A DNA stretch of 44,099 nt from an uncultured archaeon (GCA_903873955.1 CAIQQL010000042.1:1-44099); one strand, 5' to 3'. Numbered from the stretch's first letter, positions 26,000 through 34,394 are shown. Notes: generated by a model not told the origin, from the sequence alone. Translations and numbers: made by a program.

Positions 26000-28977
26000 G
26001 CAAAACTCCTAAACCTTCGTTTGTAATGCTTTTCAAGCTCACCAACGTCGGTCTGCACAATCTTCGCTCCAGAAAGTCCCTGGATGATGAAGTCTCCAGA
26101 GATCACTTTACCGATTTTTGAAAATCCGGCATGGGCAAAGATACTTTCAAACTCCTTTTCCGATTCCGGAGCAACACTCACCAAGATTCGCGATTGGCTT
26201 TCACTGAAGAGAAGCGCATCATCCCGGTCCGCATCCCCGCTCCGTTTCATTTTAGCAAGATCCACTAATGCCCCGAGTTCTCCGGCGATACACATCTTGG
26301 CCAAAGCGATACCCAATCCTCCAGAATTCACAGGTATGCTGCTTGCTATGATCCCTTTATCAACTGCTTTGCTAAATTCAGAATAAAGTTCGACCGCCTT
26401 GCCGGCATTGACCTTAGGGACCTTGTTCCCGATGTAAGGCTTGCCCGTATTCTCTTTCCCAGCAAAATCAAAATATTCACTTGCCCCCAGCTCGTTTTTT
26501 GTTTCTCCCAGAAGATACAAGGTGTCCCCAGCATATTTTGCGTCAAGAGAAACTGTCTTTCGATAGTCTTCGATAACACCCAGAGAAGAGATAAGCAAGG
26601 TAGGCAGCACTGAAATCTTCACTGCATTTCCAAGTTCATCAAATCCTTTGAAATCATTAAACATACTGTCTTTGCCAGAGATGAAGGGAGTTTTGTACGC
26701 CAAGGCATAGTCATAACAAGCCTTTGCGGCAGCCTTGAGTTCACCAAGCCTTCCAGGTTCATCAGAACTGCACCAACAAAAATTGTCCAAGAGCGCCAGT
26801 TTTTGCAGATCTCCGCCTGCCGCAATTACATTCTTAATCGCGGTGTCGATTGCACAAGCAGCCATATGATACGGATTGATGAGGCTATACCTTGCGTTAA
26901 TTCCCTGGCTTGCGATAACTGCCTTCTTTGAATCTAAAAGAGGCCTTATTGCCGTCGTATAGGCATTGACCTCCCCTTTTCCTTGCACGGGCTTGAGAAT
27001 AGAACCTCCCTGGACCTCATGGTCATACTGCCTGGAGATAAAGGAAAAACTGGCAAGATTATGCTGTCTTAGCATCCCCAGCAAACTTGAAGTCAGGTTT
27101 GGAGGACAAGAAAAGGCAGGCTCATCATTCCAGGCCTTGGTTGTGATTGATTTGAGTTTCTTTTTAGGGACCCCGTCATGCAAGAACATCATGTCCAGGT
27201 CCAATATTTTTTTATTGTCATAGTTCACTACAGCCCTCCTAGATTCATTGAACTCTCCAATGATTGTTGCCTCAACACCCCGCTTTTCCATCAACTTCAG
27301 GAATTCGTCAGACTTTTCCTTAGGCACAGATAAAGTCATCCTTTCCTGCGACTCACTCACCCACATTTCCCAGAGTTGGATACCTGCATATTTTACCGGC
27401 ACTTTCTCCAAATCAACGACAAAACCTCCACATTCACGCGCCATCTCTGCGACAGAACATGACAGCCCACCTGCCCCATTATCAGTTATACTGTTATAGA
27501 GAACCGCATCTCTTGCTTCCTTGACAAGAGCATCACTCATCTTTTTTTGGGTGATTGGATCCCCAATCTGCACCGCAGTAGCGGGGCTTCCCGAGTCAAG
27601 TGCCTCTGATGAAAATGTAGCCCCGTGTATCCCATCTTTGCCTACCCTGCCACCTACAACAACAATATAGTCTCCTGCTTGCGCCTTCTTGAGATGCCCT
27701 TGAGTCCCTGCAATAGTTCGAGGTATAAGCCCCGCAGTACCTACAAAAACCAGCGGCTTGCCTTTATAGCTGTCATCAAAATAAACAAAGCCCTGTGGAG
27801 TCGGGATTCCTGAACAATTGCCACCGACCTTTACTCCATCGATGACTCCTTCCATGATCCTTAAGGGAGAAAGCGCAGGGTTGGTCTTATTTTTCCCTCT
27901 ATAGAGAATGCTCTTGTCTTCAGGATAACCAAAACAAAACCCGTACCGATTCATGATAGGGAGCGCCCCCTGACCAAAACCGATGGCATCCCTATTCACC
28001 CCGACAATGCCTGTGATTGAACCTCCAAAAGGATCAAGTGCAGAAGGGCTGTTATGGGTCTCCACTTTGTCAGTCACCAGATAGTGCTCATCAAAGATGA
28101 TCCCTCCCGAATTATCTTCAAAAACCGAGACGCAGAAATCGCGATCCCCCTTCATGGCCCGAATCTTGTTTGTGGCGTTTCTGATATAGGTCTTAAATAT
28201 CCCCTCCTTCAGTTCATCAAGCTCATTTGCAAAGATAGTATGCTTGCAATGTTCGCTCCATGTCTGGGCTATCGATTCCAGTTCAATGTCAAAAGGCATC
28301 CTCCTTTCTTCCTTCAAGAAATATTCCCGTATCACTTTCATGGACTCAAGGTCAAGAGCTAACGGACCTCTTCTTGAGCCATCAGCATTCATGATGCCTT
28401 GCTTGCCTATCTTGCTCAGCTCCTCATCACTCACCTCGAGATTAACCGTCTCAACAGCAGGAAGATCGAGGAGTTTAACTCGCGGGACAATATAGCTCAT
28501 GCCCTTCTCTTTCAGATATCTTTCCCGGCTTTTAATTGAAATACGGTTGATGAGTCCATTTGCCAACTGGTTTGCGATCTGTATTGTCTGGGGTTCGGTC
28601 AAGGTTCCTGTTACCAAGAACAGCTGCGAGCTAAAGACAGTTCCCTTCTCAAGACTCAAACGAAACAGATCAACAATCCCTTCCTGTACTGTGTTTGCTA
28701 TGTTATCCGTAACACCTGGAAGAAAACCAATCTCAATCGCCCAATCAGCTTTCATCTCCGTCGGAGCATCAATGATGAAGCGCTGTGTTATTGGATTTGC
28801 AAGCATCTGCGCGATGAATCGTAGTTGCTCTGGAGAAAAATCGTAATCAATGGTATATACCTCAACCACCTGGACATCAAGGATTTTTTCAGTTATCCCG
28901 AATGTGAGCATCTCTTTCTTTTTAACGCCGGCTCTCGCATCAGGGATTCTCGAAGAAATTTCTATCCGATGAGCCAT
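25996..28977 (-). CDS. purL: FGAM synthase, large-type N-terminal (PurS-like) domain plus synthetase domain, lacking the glutaminase domain
   Basis: 993 aa. PurL blocks ETHNSPSALDPFGGSITG, DNGAGGLS, ESQERM and GGLG are present. About 200 aa N-terminal to the synthetase core resemble the PurS-like/linker region of large PurL. ATGA overlap with purQ-purM. Confidence 0.88.
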   Translation of the reverse strand: MAHRIEISSRIPDARAGVKKKEMLTFGITEKILDVQVVEVYTIDYDFSPEQLRFIAQMLANPITQRFIIDAPTEMKADWAIEIGFLPGVTDNIANTVQEGIVDLFRLSLEKGTVFSSQLFLVTGTLTEPQTIQIANQLANGLINRISIKSRERYLKEKGMSYIVPRVKLLDLPAVETVNLEVSDEELSKIGKQGIMNADGSRRGPLALDLESMKVIREYFLKEERRMPFDIELESIAQTWSEHCKHTIFANELDELKEGIFKTYIRNATNKIRAMKGDRDFCVSVFEDNSGGIIFDEHYLVTDKVETHNSPSALDPFGGSITGIVGVNRDAIGFGQGALPIMNRYGFCFGYPEDKSILYRGKNKTNPALSPLRIMEGVIDGVKVGGNCSGIPTPQGFVYFDDSYKGKPLVFVGTAGLIPRTIAGTQGHLKKAQAGDYIVVVGGRVGKDGIHGATFSSEALDSGSPATAVQIGDPITQKKMSDALVKEARDAVLYNSITDNGAGGLSCSVAEMARECGGFVVDLEKVPVKYAGIQLWEMWVSESQERMTLSVPKEKSDEFLKLMEKRGVEATIIGEFNESRRAVVNYDNKKILDLDMMFLHDGVPKKKLKSITTKAWNDEPAFSCPPNLTSSLLGMLRQHNLASFSFISRQYDHEVQGGSILKPVQGKGEVNAYTTAIRPLLDSKKAVIASQGINARYSLINPYHMAACAIDTAIKNVIAAGGDLQKLALLDNFCWCSSDEPGRLGELKAAAKACYDYALAYKTPFISGKDSMFNDFKGFDELGNAVKISVLPTLLISSLGVIEDYRKTVSLDAKYAGDTLYLLGETKNELGASEYFDFAGKENTGKPYIGNKVPKVNAGKAVELYSEFSKAVDKGIIASSIPVNSGGLGIALAKMCIAGELGALVDLAKMKRSGDADRDDALLFSESQSRILVSVAPESEKEFESIFAHAGFSKIGKVISGDFIIQGLSGAKIVQTDVGELEKHYKRRFRSFA

Positions 28978-28997
28978 ATAAAAGAATAGTAAAACTG

Positions 28998-29005
28998 TTT
29001 AAATT
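28998..29005 (-). promoter_or_regulatory. candidate TATA box for the purL operon
   Basis: TTTAAATT (AATTTAAA on the minus strand) is centred about 24 nt upstream of the purL ATG (28977). Confidence 0.3.
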
Positions 29006-29178
29006 GATTTCTATGATTCAATCATCCATTTTATTTATCACTTTGATTGGATGAACTAACCGCCAGAGGAGGAGAAAACCCTCTCAAAAACCATTTATCC
29101 GTGATGCAGAAGAATTAATAACATCTTCCTTACAGGGCTCCCACCTTCTTTTATTATTGTTGTAGAAATTTCTTCAAC

Positions 29179-29190
29179 TTTTATTCAAAT
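29179..29190 (+). promoter_or_regulatory. candidate TATA box for the HD-rSAM-kinase operon
   Basis: TTTTATTCAAAT is centred about 28 nt upstream of ATG 29214. Confidence 0.3.
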
Positions 29191-29213
29191 AGGGTCTCAC
29201 CTCAGACACGCTG

Positions 29214-29711
29214 ATGAAAGAAGAAGACCTGAGCTACATAAGAAAAGCCCACCAGGAGCATCCAAAAAAAGCAAACAAAGCCTATCGAAAATGGGATGGC
29301 AAGACCCCCTACTACACCCATCCCCTCTGGTGTGCAACGACCATCCTCACTGAGACCTCACTCGATGAAACCACCCGAAATGAGGGCGCTCAGGTCCTTC
29401 TTTATCATGACCTCTTGGAGGATACTACCTTCGACCTCCCTTCAACACTCGAAGAGAGAGTACGAGAGCTCATCAAGGAAATGACTTTTGCAGGAGGAAG
29501 CGTAGAAGAAATGCAGAAGATATGGGAAAGACCTGCGGTGATCAGGCTTTACAAACTCTATGATAAAGTCAGTAATCTTCTGGATGGTTCTTGGATGCCA
29601 GAACAAAAAAGGCAAAGATACGAAACATACACTCAAGCACTGTGCAAGGATGTTGAAAGAAACTACGGAACACTCAACATAACTAAGATTGCACGAGGCA
29701 TCCTTAAATGA
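29214..29711 (+). CDS. small HD-domain hydrolase of the SpoT/Mesh1 ((p)ppGpp-hydrolase-type) family
   Basis: YTHPLWCATTIL...AQVLLYHDLLEDT...IRLYKLYDKVSNL parallels the RelA/SpoT hydrolase pattern HPl.VA.iL...AALLHDvvEDT...ilIKLADRLHNm. 165 aa, with no synthetase domain. Confidence 0.65.
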   Translation: MKEEDLSYIRKAHQEHPKKANKAYRKWDGKTPYYTHPLWCATTILTETSLDETTRNEGAQVLLYHDLLEDTTFDLPSTLEERVRELIKEMTFAGGSVEEMQKIWERPAVIRLYKLYDKVSNLLDGSWMPEQKRQRYETYTQALCKDVERNYGTLNITKIARGILK

Positions 29712-30577
29712 CTTATTCTGCCCTAACTCATACCTTCTCCCATAAACAGGCAGGAAATGGATTTTTTACTATCGCGCTCCAGTTTACTAGAACCTGCAAT
29801 TATCGATGCAGCCATTGCAGCGAGAGTAGCCCTCTGGAAAGTCTACCCACTAAACAGGTATACAAAATCATAGACAACCTTGCCCATGCAGGAATCAAAC
29901 GCGTGAATATTTCAGGAGGTGAGCCTACCTTGAGAGAAGACTGGTTAGACCTTATAGACTACATATCTCAAAAAAAATTGTATTCGAGCCTTGCCACGAA
30001 CTGCTCAACAATTACACCGCAGACCTTACAAGCATTACGGGGGAAAATATCAAATCTGCGCGTGAGCATCTATGGAAATGAAAGGACCCACGAGGCAATT
30101 ACAACAGTCCCCGGTAGTTTTCAAAGGACCAGAGAGACAGCGAAAAAAAGCCAGGAGATAGGAATTCCAACCTATGCCTGTATGACTGTAATGCAAGACA
30201 ACCTGGAACAAATAGCAGAGGTCAGGAACATATGCAGGGAAGTCGGTATGGAAAAGCTGTTGCTATATTCTTTGGTTCCCAAGGGCAGAGGCTCCGAGAT
30301 ATATCCGTCTCAAAGAGTATCAAAAGAGCAGGTCCAAACCCAGATCTCGAAAATCGCTCCAGACACACCGGAGATTTACTGGTCTCCTTTTGAGGATGAT
30401 GGAATTTGCGCCCTTATTCAGGCAGATGGCTCGTTGGTAGCAACACCCTATCAAGGTGAACCCTCGAGGATTAAACTAGTAGGCTGGCCCCTCAAAGAAA
30501 GCTTGACCGAACTCTGGGAAAAGTATCCTTTTAAGGAAAATTATCTCGCTTTCAACAAGGAGAAGATGAAATGCTAA
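29708..30577 (+). CDS. radical SAM enzyme (no obvious auxiliary-cluster domain)
   Basis: FTRTCNYRCSHC (CxxxCxxC), GGEP SAM-binding motif VNISGGEPTL, and later LLLYSLVPKGRG and LIQADGSLVATPY blocks. ATGA overlap with the HD gene. Confidence 0.8.
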   Translation: MTYSALTHTFSHKQAGNGFFTIALQFTRTCNYRCSHCSESSPLESLPTKQVYKIIDNLAHAGIKRVNISGGEPTLREDWLDLIDYISQKKLYSSLATNCSTITPQTLQALRGKISNLRVSIYGNERTHEAITTVPGSFQRTRETAKKSQEIGIPTYACMTVMQDNLEQIAEVRNICREVGMEKLLLYSLVPKGRGSEIYPSQRVSKEQVQTQISKIAPDTPEIYWSPFEDDGICALIQADGSLVATPYQGEPSRIKLVGWPLKESLTELWEKYPFKENYLAFNKEKMKC

Positions 30578-31428
30578 CCTCGGAGGAGACAAAGAAGATA
30601 GTTAACGAGGGTAGACTAACACGACTTTGTTGCAAGGTAGACCGCTTAGGAGCCTCATCATCCAGAGTCACTTACTCATCCGATTTTCAAAATAAAAAAT
30701 ACAAATTACGAAAATGCTTGGGTGCCGAAGATGCAAAAGCGATTGAGGAACGAGTGAAAGAGATAGCCCATCTAGGAGTCTCCCCCCATTACCTTGGACG
30801 CGACTTGGAATGGCTTTGTTTCGATTATTTGAGTCTCAGAGAGGCACAAAGAGAAGAATCACCTGCTTTTTGGGAGCATCTGGGAGGAAGCCTTGCTTTG
30901 CTGGAGTCAATACCTTCAAAAAAAGTAGATATCGCATTTACCGCATATCGAAGGCCGATAGAAGCAAAGGAATTTAGTGCCTATATCTTTCGTGCTGCTG
31001 AAGAGATCTCGAAAAAATCATACCTCGATAAAAAGGAAGTCCAAGCATTAAAGAATCGATTTGCCTACCTTCTTTCAAAAGGAGTCTCACATTGCATGGG
31101 ATATCTAGACTTGCTTCCCGGCAATGTCTTAGTGGATCAGGAGAAGAGCATCATCATTGATGAAGAGGGGTTTGCCCAGACTATAAAGGGTCTAAGCCTG
31201 ATCAGACCGATGAACATCTGGAAAGGTCAACCTCCTCACCAAGAACTTAGAGGGAATGTACGTGAGAGCTTCCTTAAAGGATATGCATTAAAGGGTGGCG
31301 ATAGAGCATATTATGAAGAACATGAACAGAATCTCGGAACAGTATATTACACCCTGAAGGCATACGCAAGCATTGTTGAAAGCGGATCGTCCCATCGCTC
31401 AGTTGCCTGGCTTAAGAACCTCCTCTAA
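30571..31428 (+). CDS. protein-kinase-like fold phosphotransferase (APH/ChoK/Kdo-like)
   Basis: Candidate ATP-lysine KYKLRKC, catalytic-loop-like GYLDLLPGNVLVD (D....N) and metal-binding IIDEEGF. The ATG lies 7 nt inside the rSAM 3' end, with AAGGAG upstream. Confidence 0.5.
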   Translation: MLTSEETKKIVNEGRLTRLCCKVDRLGASSSRVTYSSDFQNKKYKLRKCLGAEDAKAIEERVKEIAHLGVSPHYLGRDLEWLCFDYLSLREAQREESPAFWEHLGGSLALLESIPSKKVDIAFTAYRRPIEAKEFSAYIFRAAEEISKKSYLDKKEVQALKNRFAYLLSKGVSHCMGYLDLLPGNVLVDQEKSIIIDEEGFAQTIKGLSLIRPMNIWKGQPPHQELRGNVRESFLKGYALKGGDRAYYEEHEQNLGTVYYTLKAYASIVESGSSHRSVAWLKNLL

Positions 31429-31437
31429 CTTTTTTGA

Positions 31438-31965
31438 TCAGACAAGCGACTTCCAGTTCTCTTTATAGTACTGAAACTTTTTATTGAATTCCTCTTTAGG
31501 AGTCAGATTGATTTTAAGGGAACTAAGTTTCTGTTTCAACAAATCCACTTCTTTCTCCTTTGTGTCTTCAGAGCACATCTTCTCAAGTTCAATAATATAA
31601 CCATACCCTTTTGTGTAATCCAGACAAACGGTGATCCCTTCCCAGGCAAACTCAAAACGTTTCCTAAACCATTTTATCTCAACAGTGTACCCCAAAGCAA
31701 GAAACAGTTTCTCAAGATTTTCAAAATCCTCCTTATCGAACTTGACCTCTATCTCTTCTCTATGCTCATCGTGAATCTTGCCTTTTTTCATCCAGATCTT
31801 TGCATAAAAATTGTTCCTCTGGATTCTAAGGTCCTCATCGCCATCAAAGTAGAACGTTTCCTGATAGTCCTCTTTAGAAAGTTTCGCATGGCTTTTAAAA
31901 AATTCAATCAACGAAGCATATTGTTCTCGGGTGATAAAGCTCCTTACCTCTGCTTCAATATTCAT
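31438..31965 (-). CDS. CYTH-domain protein (triphosphate tunnel metalloenzyme; CyaB/ThTPase-like)
   Basis: N-terminal NIEAEVRSF (ExExK/R-type signature), EIEVKF, and C-terminal VCLDYTKGYGYIIELEKM (v.lD.v.glG.fvEiE). Confidence 0.7.
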   Translation of the reverse strand: MNIEAEVRSFITREQYASLIEFFKSHAKLSKEDYQETFYFDGDEDLRIQRNNFYAKIWMKKGKIHDEHREEIEVKFDKEDFENLEKLFLALGYTVEIKWFRKRFEFAWEGITVCLDYTKGYGYIIELEKMCSEDTKEKEVDLLKQKLSSLKINLTPKEEFNKKFQYYKENWKSLV

Positions 31966-32033
31966 CCTGGAAAGAAGCAGCGAGTAATTAATAAAACTTT
32001 AGATACCCTAGGAGGGAGTGCATAAATGGAGCC

Positions 32034-32474
32034 TTACTTTTCCAGAAACCGTTTTTTCAATACGTCGAGCTCAACCTTTGGAATTTCTTTAAAGACGTCC
32101 TTCTCAAAAATCTGACTTTTTTCATACAGCTCGTCAAAAAGCGCACGAGGTTGCAGATGGACATGCAGGTGATGTACTTTTAGCTTGTCCTCTTTTTGAA
32201 ATGGCCGATAATTTATTCGGACGTCGCATCCTGATGCGATTTTATCCAAGATTTGTTGCTGGAACTCAATAACCGTATCGAAGAGTTCTTGCTGTTCAAT
32301 AGAGGTCAACTCCTTCAGTCTTTCAACATGCCGTTTAGGCACGACCAAAAGGTGACCTGGCATCAAACGAGGGTTACTGAATATGACCCTCACAGTTTCC
32401 CCTTCTTTTAAAGTCCGCGTTATTTCCAAATTGAGATCACAAAAAGGACAGCCCATACATGCAACAGGATACAT
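32034..32474 (-). CDS. HIT-family (histidine triad) nucleotide hydrolase/transferase
   Basis: N-terminal CPFC, LLVVPKRH and the histidine triad HHLHVHLQP. Confidence 0.8.
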   Translation of the reverse strand: MYPVACMGCPFCDLNLEITRTLKEGETVRVIFSNPRLMPGHLLVVPKRHVERLKELTSIEQQELFDTVIEFQQQILDKIASGCDVRINYRPFQKEDKLKVHHLHVHLQPRALFDELYEKSQIFEKDVFKEIPKVELDVLKKRFLEK

Positions 32475-32591
32475 TTATTTAAAGGGTTTGTGCTTAGATT
32501 AGTCTAGAAGGAATGAGGAAAGAGATGGAGAATTTACCCAGCACAGCTGGGGGAAAAAAGATCAAGGAACACCAAAAAAAGAGAGAGAACA

Positions 32592-34394
32592 ATGTTAAAA
32601 AACAGAAGAATAGATGAATTTATCACAACGATCATTGTCTTGAGTTTAATCTTAGTGGCATTAGTTTTCAGTTATGCACTCTCAAACTATCCCGTGGGTC
32701 AGCTGATGCTCATAGCCGCAATCTTTGTCGGTTCCTTAGAACTGATCAAAATCACCTGGGAAAATCTTATGCACAGGAGATACAGCATCGATTATATCGC
32801 CATTTTGGCAATTACCATCGCATTATTGACACAGGAGTATCTTGCAGGATCAGTCATCGTATTGATGCTCTCAGGAGGCAATGCCCTTGAGAGATATGCC
32901 TCAAAAAAGGCAAGAGAATCATTGACAAAGCTGACACAAAGGATACCGAATGAGGTGTTCTTGTTTGAAAACGGAAAGGTGGGTGAAAAAGTAGCCATAA
33001 ATGATGTGAGGATTGGAAACCGCATCTTGATACGAAGAGGAGAAGTTATCCCGCTTGACGGGATATTACTTTCAGAAACTTCAAGAGCGGATGAGTCCTC
33101 CTTGACAGGAGAACCATTCTTAATAGACAAGGTGAACGGAGACCTTATCCGAAGCGGGACAATAAATGTTGGACCCCCGATGGTCATCAGAGTTATAAAA
33201 GAAAACCGCGATTCAACATACACCAAAATCATTGAAATGGTCAAGAAAGCCCAAGAAGAGAAGCCCAGGCTCGTACGACTTGCATCAAAATATAATATCC
33301 TGTTTACAATCGTCACTTTGCTTATTGCATTACTCACCTACCTGTTCAGCCATGACTACAAAAATGTCTTGGCAGTATTGGTTATTGCAACCCCTTGTCC
33401 GTTAATATTAGCCACACCTATCGCATTGATTGGAGGTATGAATTCAGCCGCGAAAAGGAAAATCATCATCAAACGGCTCTCAAGTCTCGAGGTGTTATCC
33501 AGGGTAGATGCATTGATATTTGACAAGACAGGCACTCTAACCTTGGGAAAACCACAGTTGATTTCAATAGAGCTGAAGAATACTAAACTGAAGGAAAAAG
33601 ATATCCTTGCTCTCGCTGCTGCAATAGAGCATAACTCATTACATCCTATCGCCAAGTCCATAGTCCATGCTGCACGATTAGCCCGAGTTAAAAAGTTAAA
33701 GGTTACACAGATAGAGGAGATAATCGGCTCGCACATTGCAGGAGCAATCAATGGAAAGAGGTACATCTTAATCAAACCAATAAACCATCATCGAGCATCC
33801 CTGGAGGTTTATGAGGAAACCAAAGGAAAACGAACGCTTCTGGCAGCGATGTATTTTGAAGACAAATTGAAAAATGACACCAAGAAGATCATAACTGAGC
33901 TTAGCAATGATGATTTGATTATGAAGATCCTTACGGGAGATAAAAATGAAACAACAAAAGCATTGGTTGAAAAAATATCAAAAAATATCGATTGGAAGGC
34001 TGAATGCACACCGGAGGATAAACAAAAAGAGATTGACACGTTAAGGTCAGAAGGACATATTGTGGCCATGGTTGGAGATGGGATCAACGATGCACCGGCG
34101 CTCGCCAAAGCTGATGTCGGGCTCGTCTTCAGTCATGAAGACAGAACTGCCGCTTCGGAAGCTGCAGATGTGGTCTTTTTAGGAGGAGATTTTTCAAGTG
34201 TTTACGATGCATTGAAGATCTCGAAACAAACCGTAAAAATTGCAAAGCAAAGCATCCTAGTCGGCATTAGCTTAAGCACGATAGGCATGCTTTTTGCCGC
34301 ATTTGGTTTTATCGTGCCCATTGCAGGAGCATTTATCCAGGAAGCGATTGACATCGCAGTCATTTTTAATTCATTAAGAACGAGCAGGTATTGA
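32592..34394 (+). CDS. P1B-type heavy-metal P-type ATPase with a PCP transmembrane motif and no N-terminal metal-binding domain
   Basis: TGEP (SSLTGEPF), phosphorylation site DKTGTLT, ILTGDK and GDGINDAPAL. The TM metal motif is ATPCPLILATP. The protein ends right after the last TM. Confidence 0.85.
   Translation: MLKNRRIDEFITTIIVLSLILVALVFSYALSNYPVGQLMLIAAIFVGSLELIKITWENLMHRRYSIDYIAILAITIALLTQEYLAGSVIVLMLSGGNALERYASKKARESLTKLTQRIPNEVFLFENGKVGEKVAINDVRIGNRILIRRGEVIPLDGILLSETSRADESSLTGEPFLIDKVNGDLIRSGTINVGPPMVIRVIKENRDSTYTKIIEMVKKAQEEKPRLVRLASKYNILFTIVTLLIALLTYLFSHDYKNVLAVLVIATPCPLILATPIALIGGMNSAAKRKIIIKRLSSLEVLSRVDALIFDKTGTLTLGKPQLISIELKNTKLKEKDILALAAAIEHNSLHPIAKSIVHAARLARVKKLKVTQIEEIIGSHIAGAINGKRYILIKPINHHRASLEVYEETKGKRTLLAAMYFEDKLKNDTKKIITELSNDDLIMKILTGDKNETTKALVEKISKNIDWKAECTPEDKQKEIDTLRSEGHIVAMVGDGINDAPALAKADVGLVFSHEDRTAASEAADVVFLGGDFSSVYDALKISKQTVKIAKQSILVGISLSTIGMLFAAFGFIVPIAGAFIQEAIDIAVIFNSLRTSRY

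Noticed and set aside
29208-29220. C/D-box sRNA-like CTGATGA sequence, and GTGATGC at about 29103, in the long purL/HD spacer.
   Set aside because: The first simply contains the HD gene start codon. No properly spaced C/D'/C'/D (CTGA) set or terminal stem could be found. The spacer shows no purine-riboswitch-like conserved structure either.
32513-32617. 34-aa basic ORF (MRKEMENLPSTAGGKKIKEHQKKRENNVKKQKNR) upstream of, and overlapping, the P-type ATPase start.
   Set aside because: It is out of frame with the ATPase, has low complexity and shows no SD or TATA support. It is probably a chance ORF in an A-rich leader.
32792-34108. Long minus-strand ORFs (181, 139 and 99 aa) inside the P-type ATPase gene. 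Similar shadow ORFs occur inside purL, purQ-purM, cysS, the SpoIIM-like gene, dus, trpS and the helicases.
   Set aside because: All lie antisense to, or out of frame with, ORFs that carry unambiguous conserved motifs. Their sequences are Ser/Leu/Arg/Phe-rich with no motifs, as expected for shadow frames.
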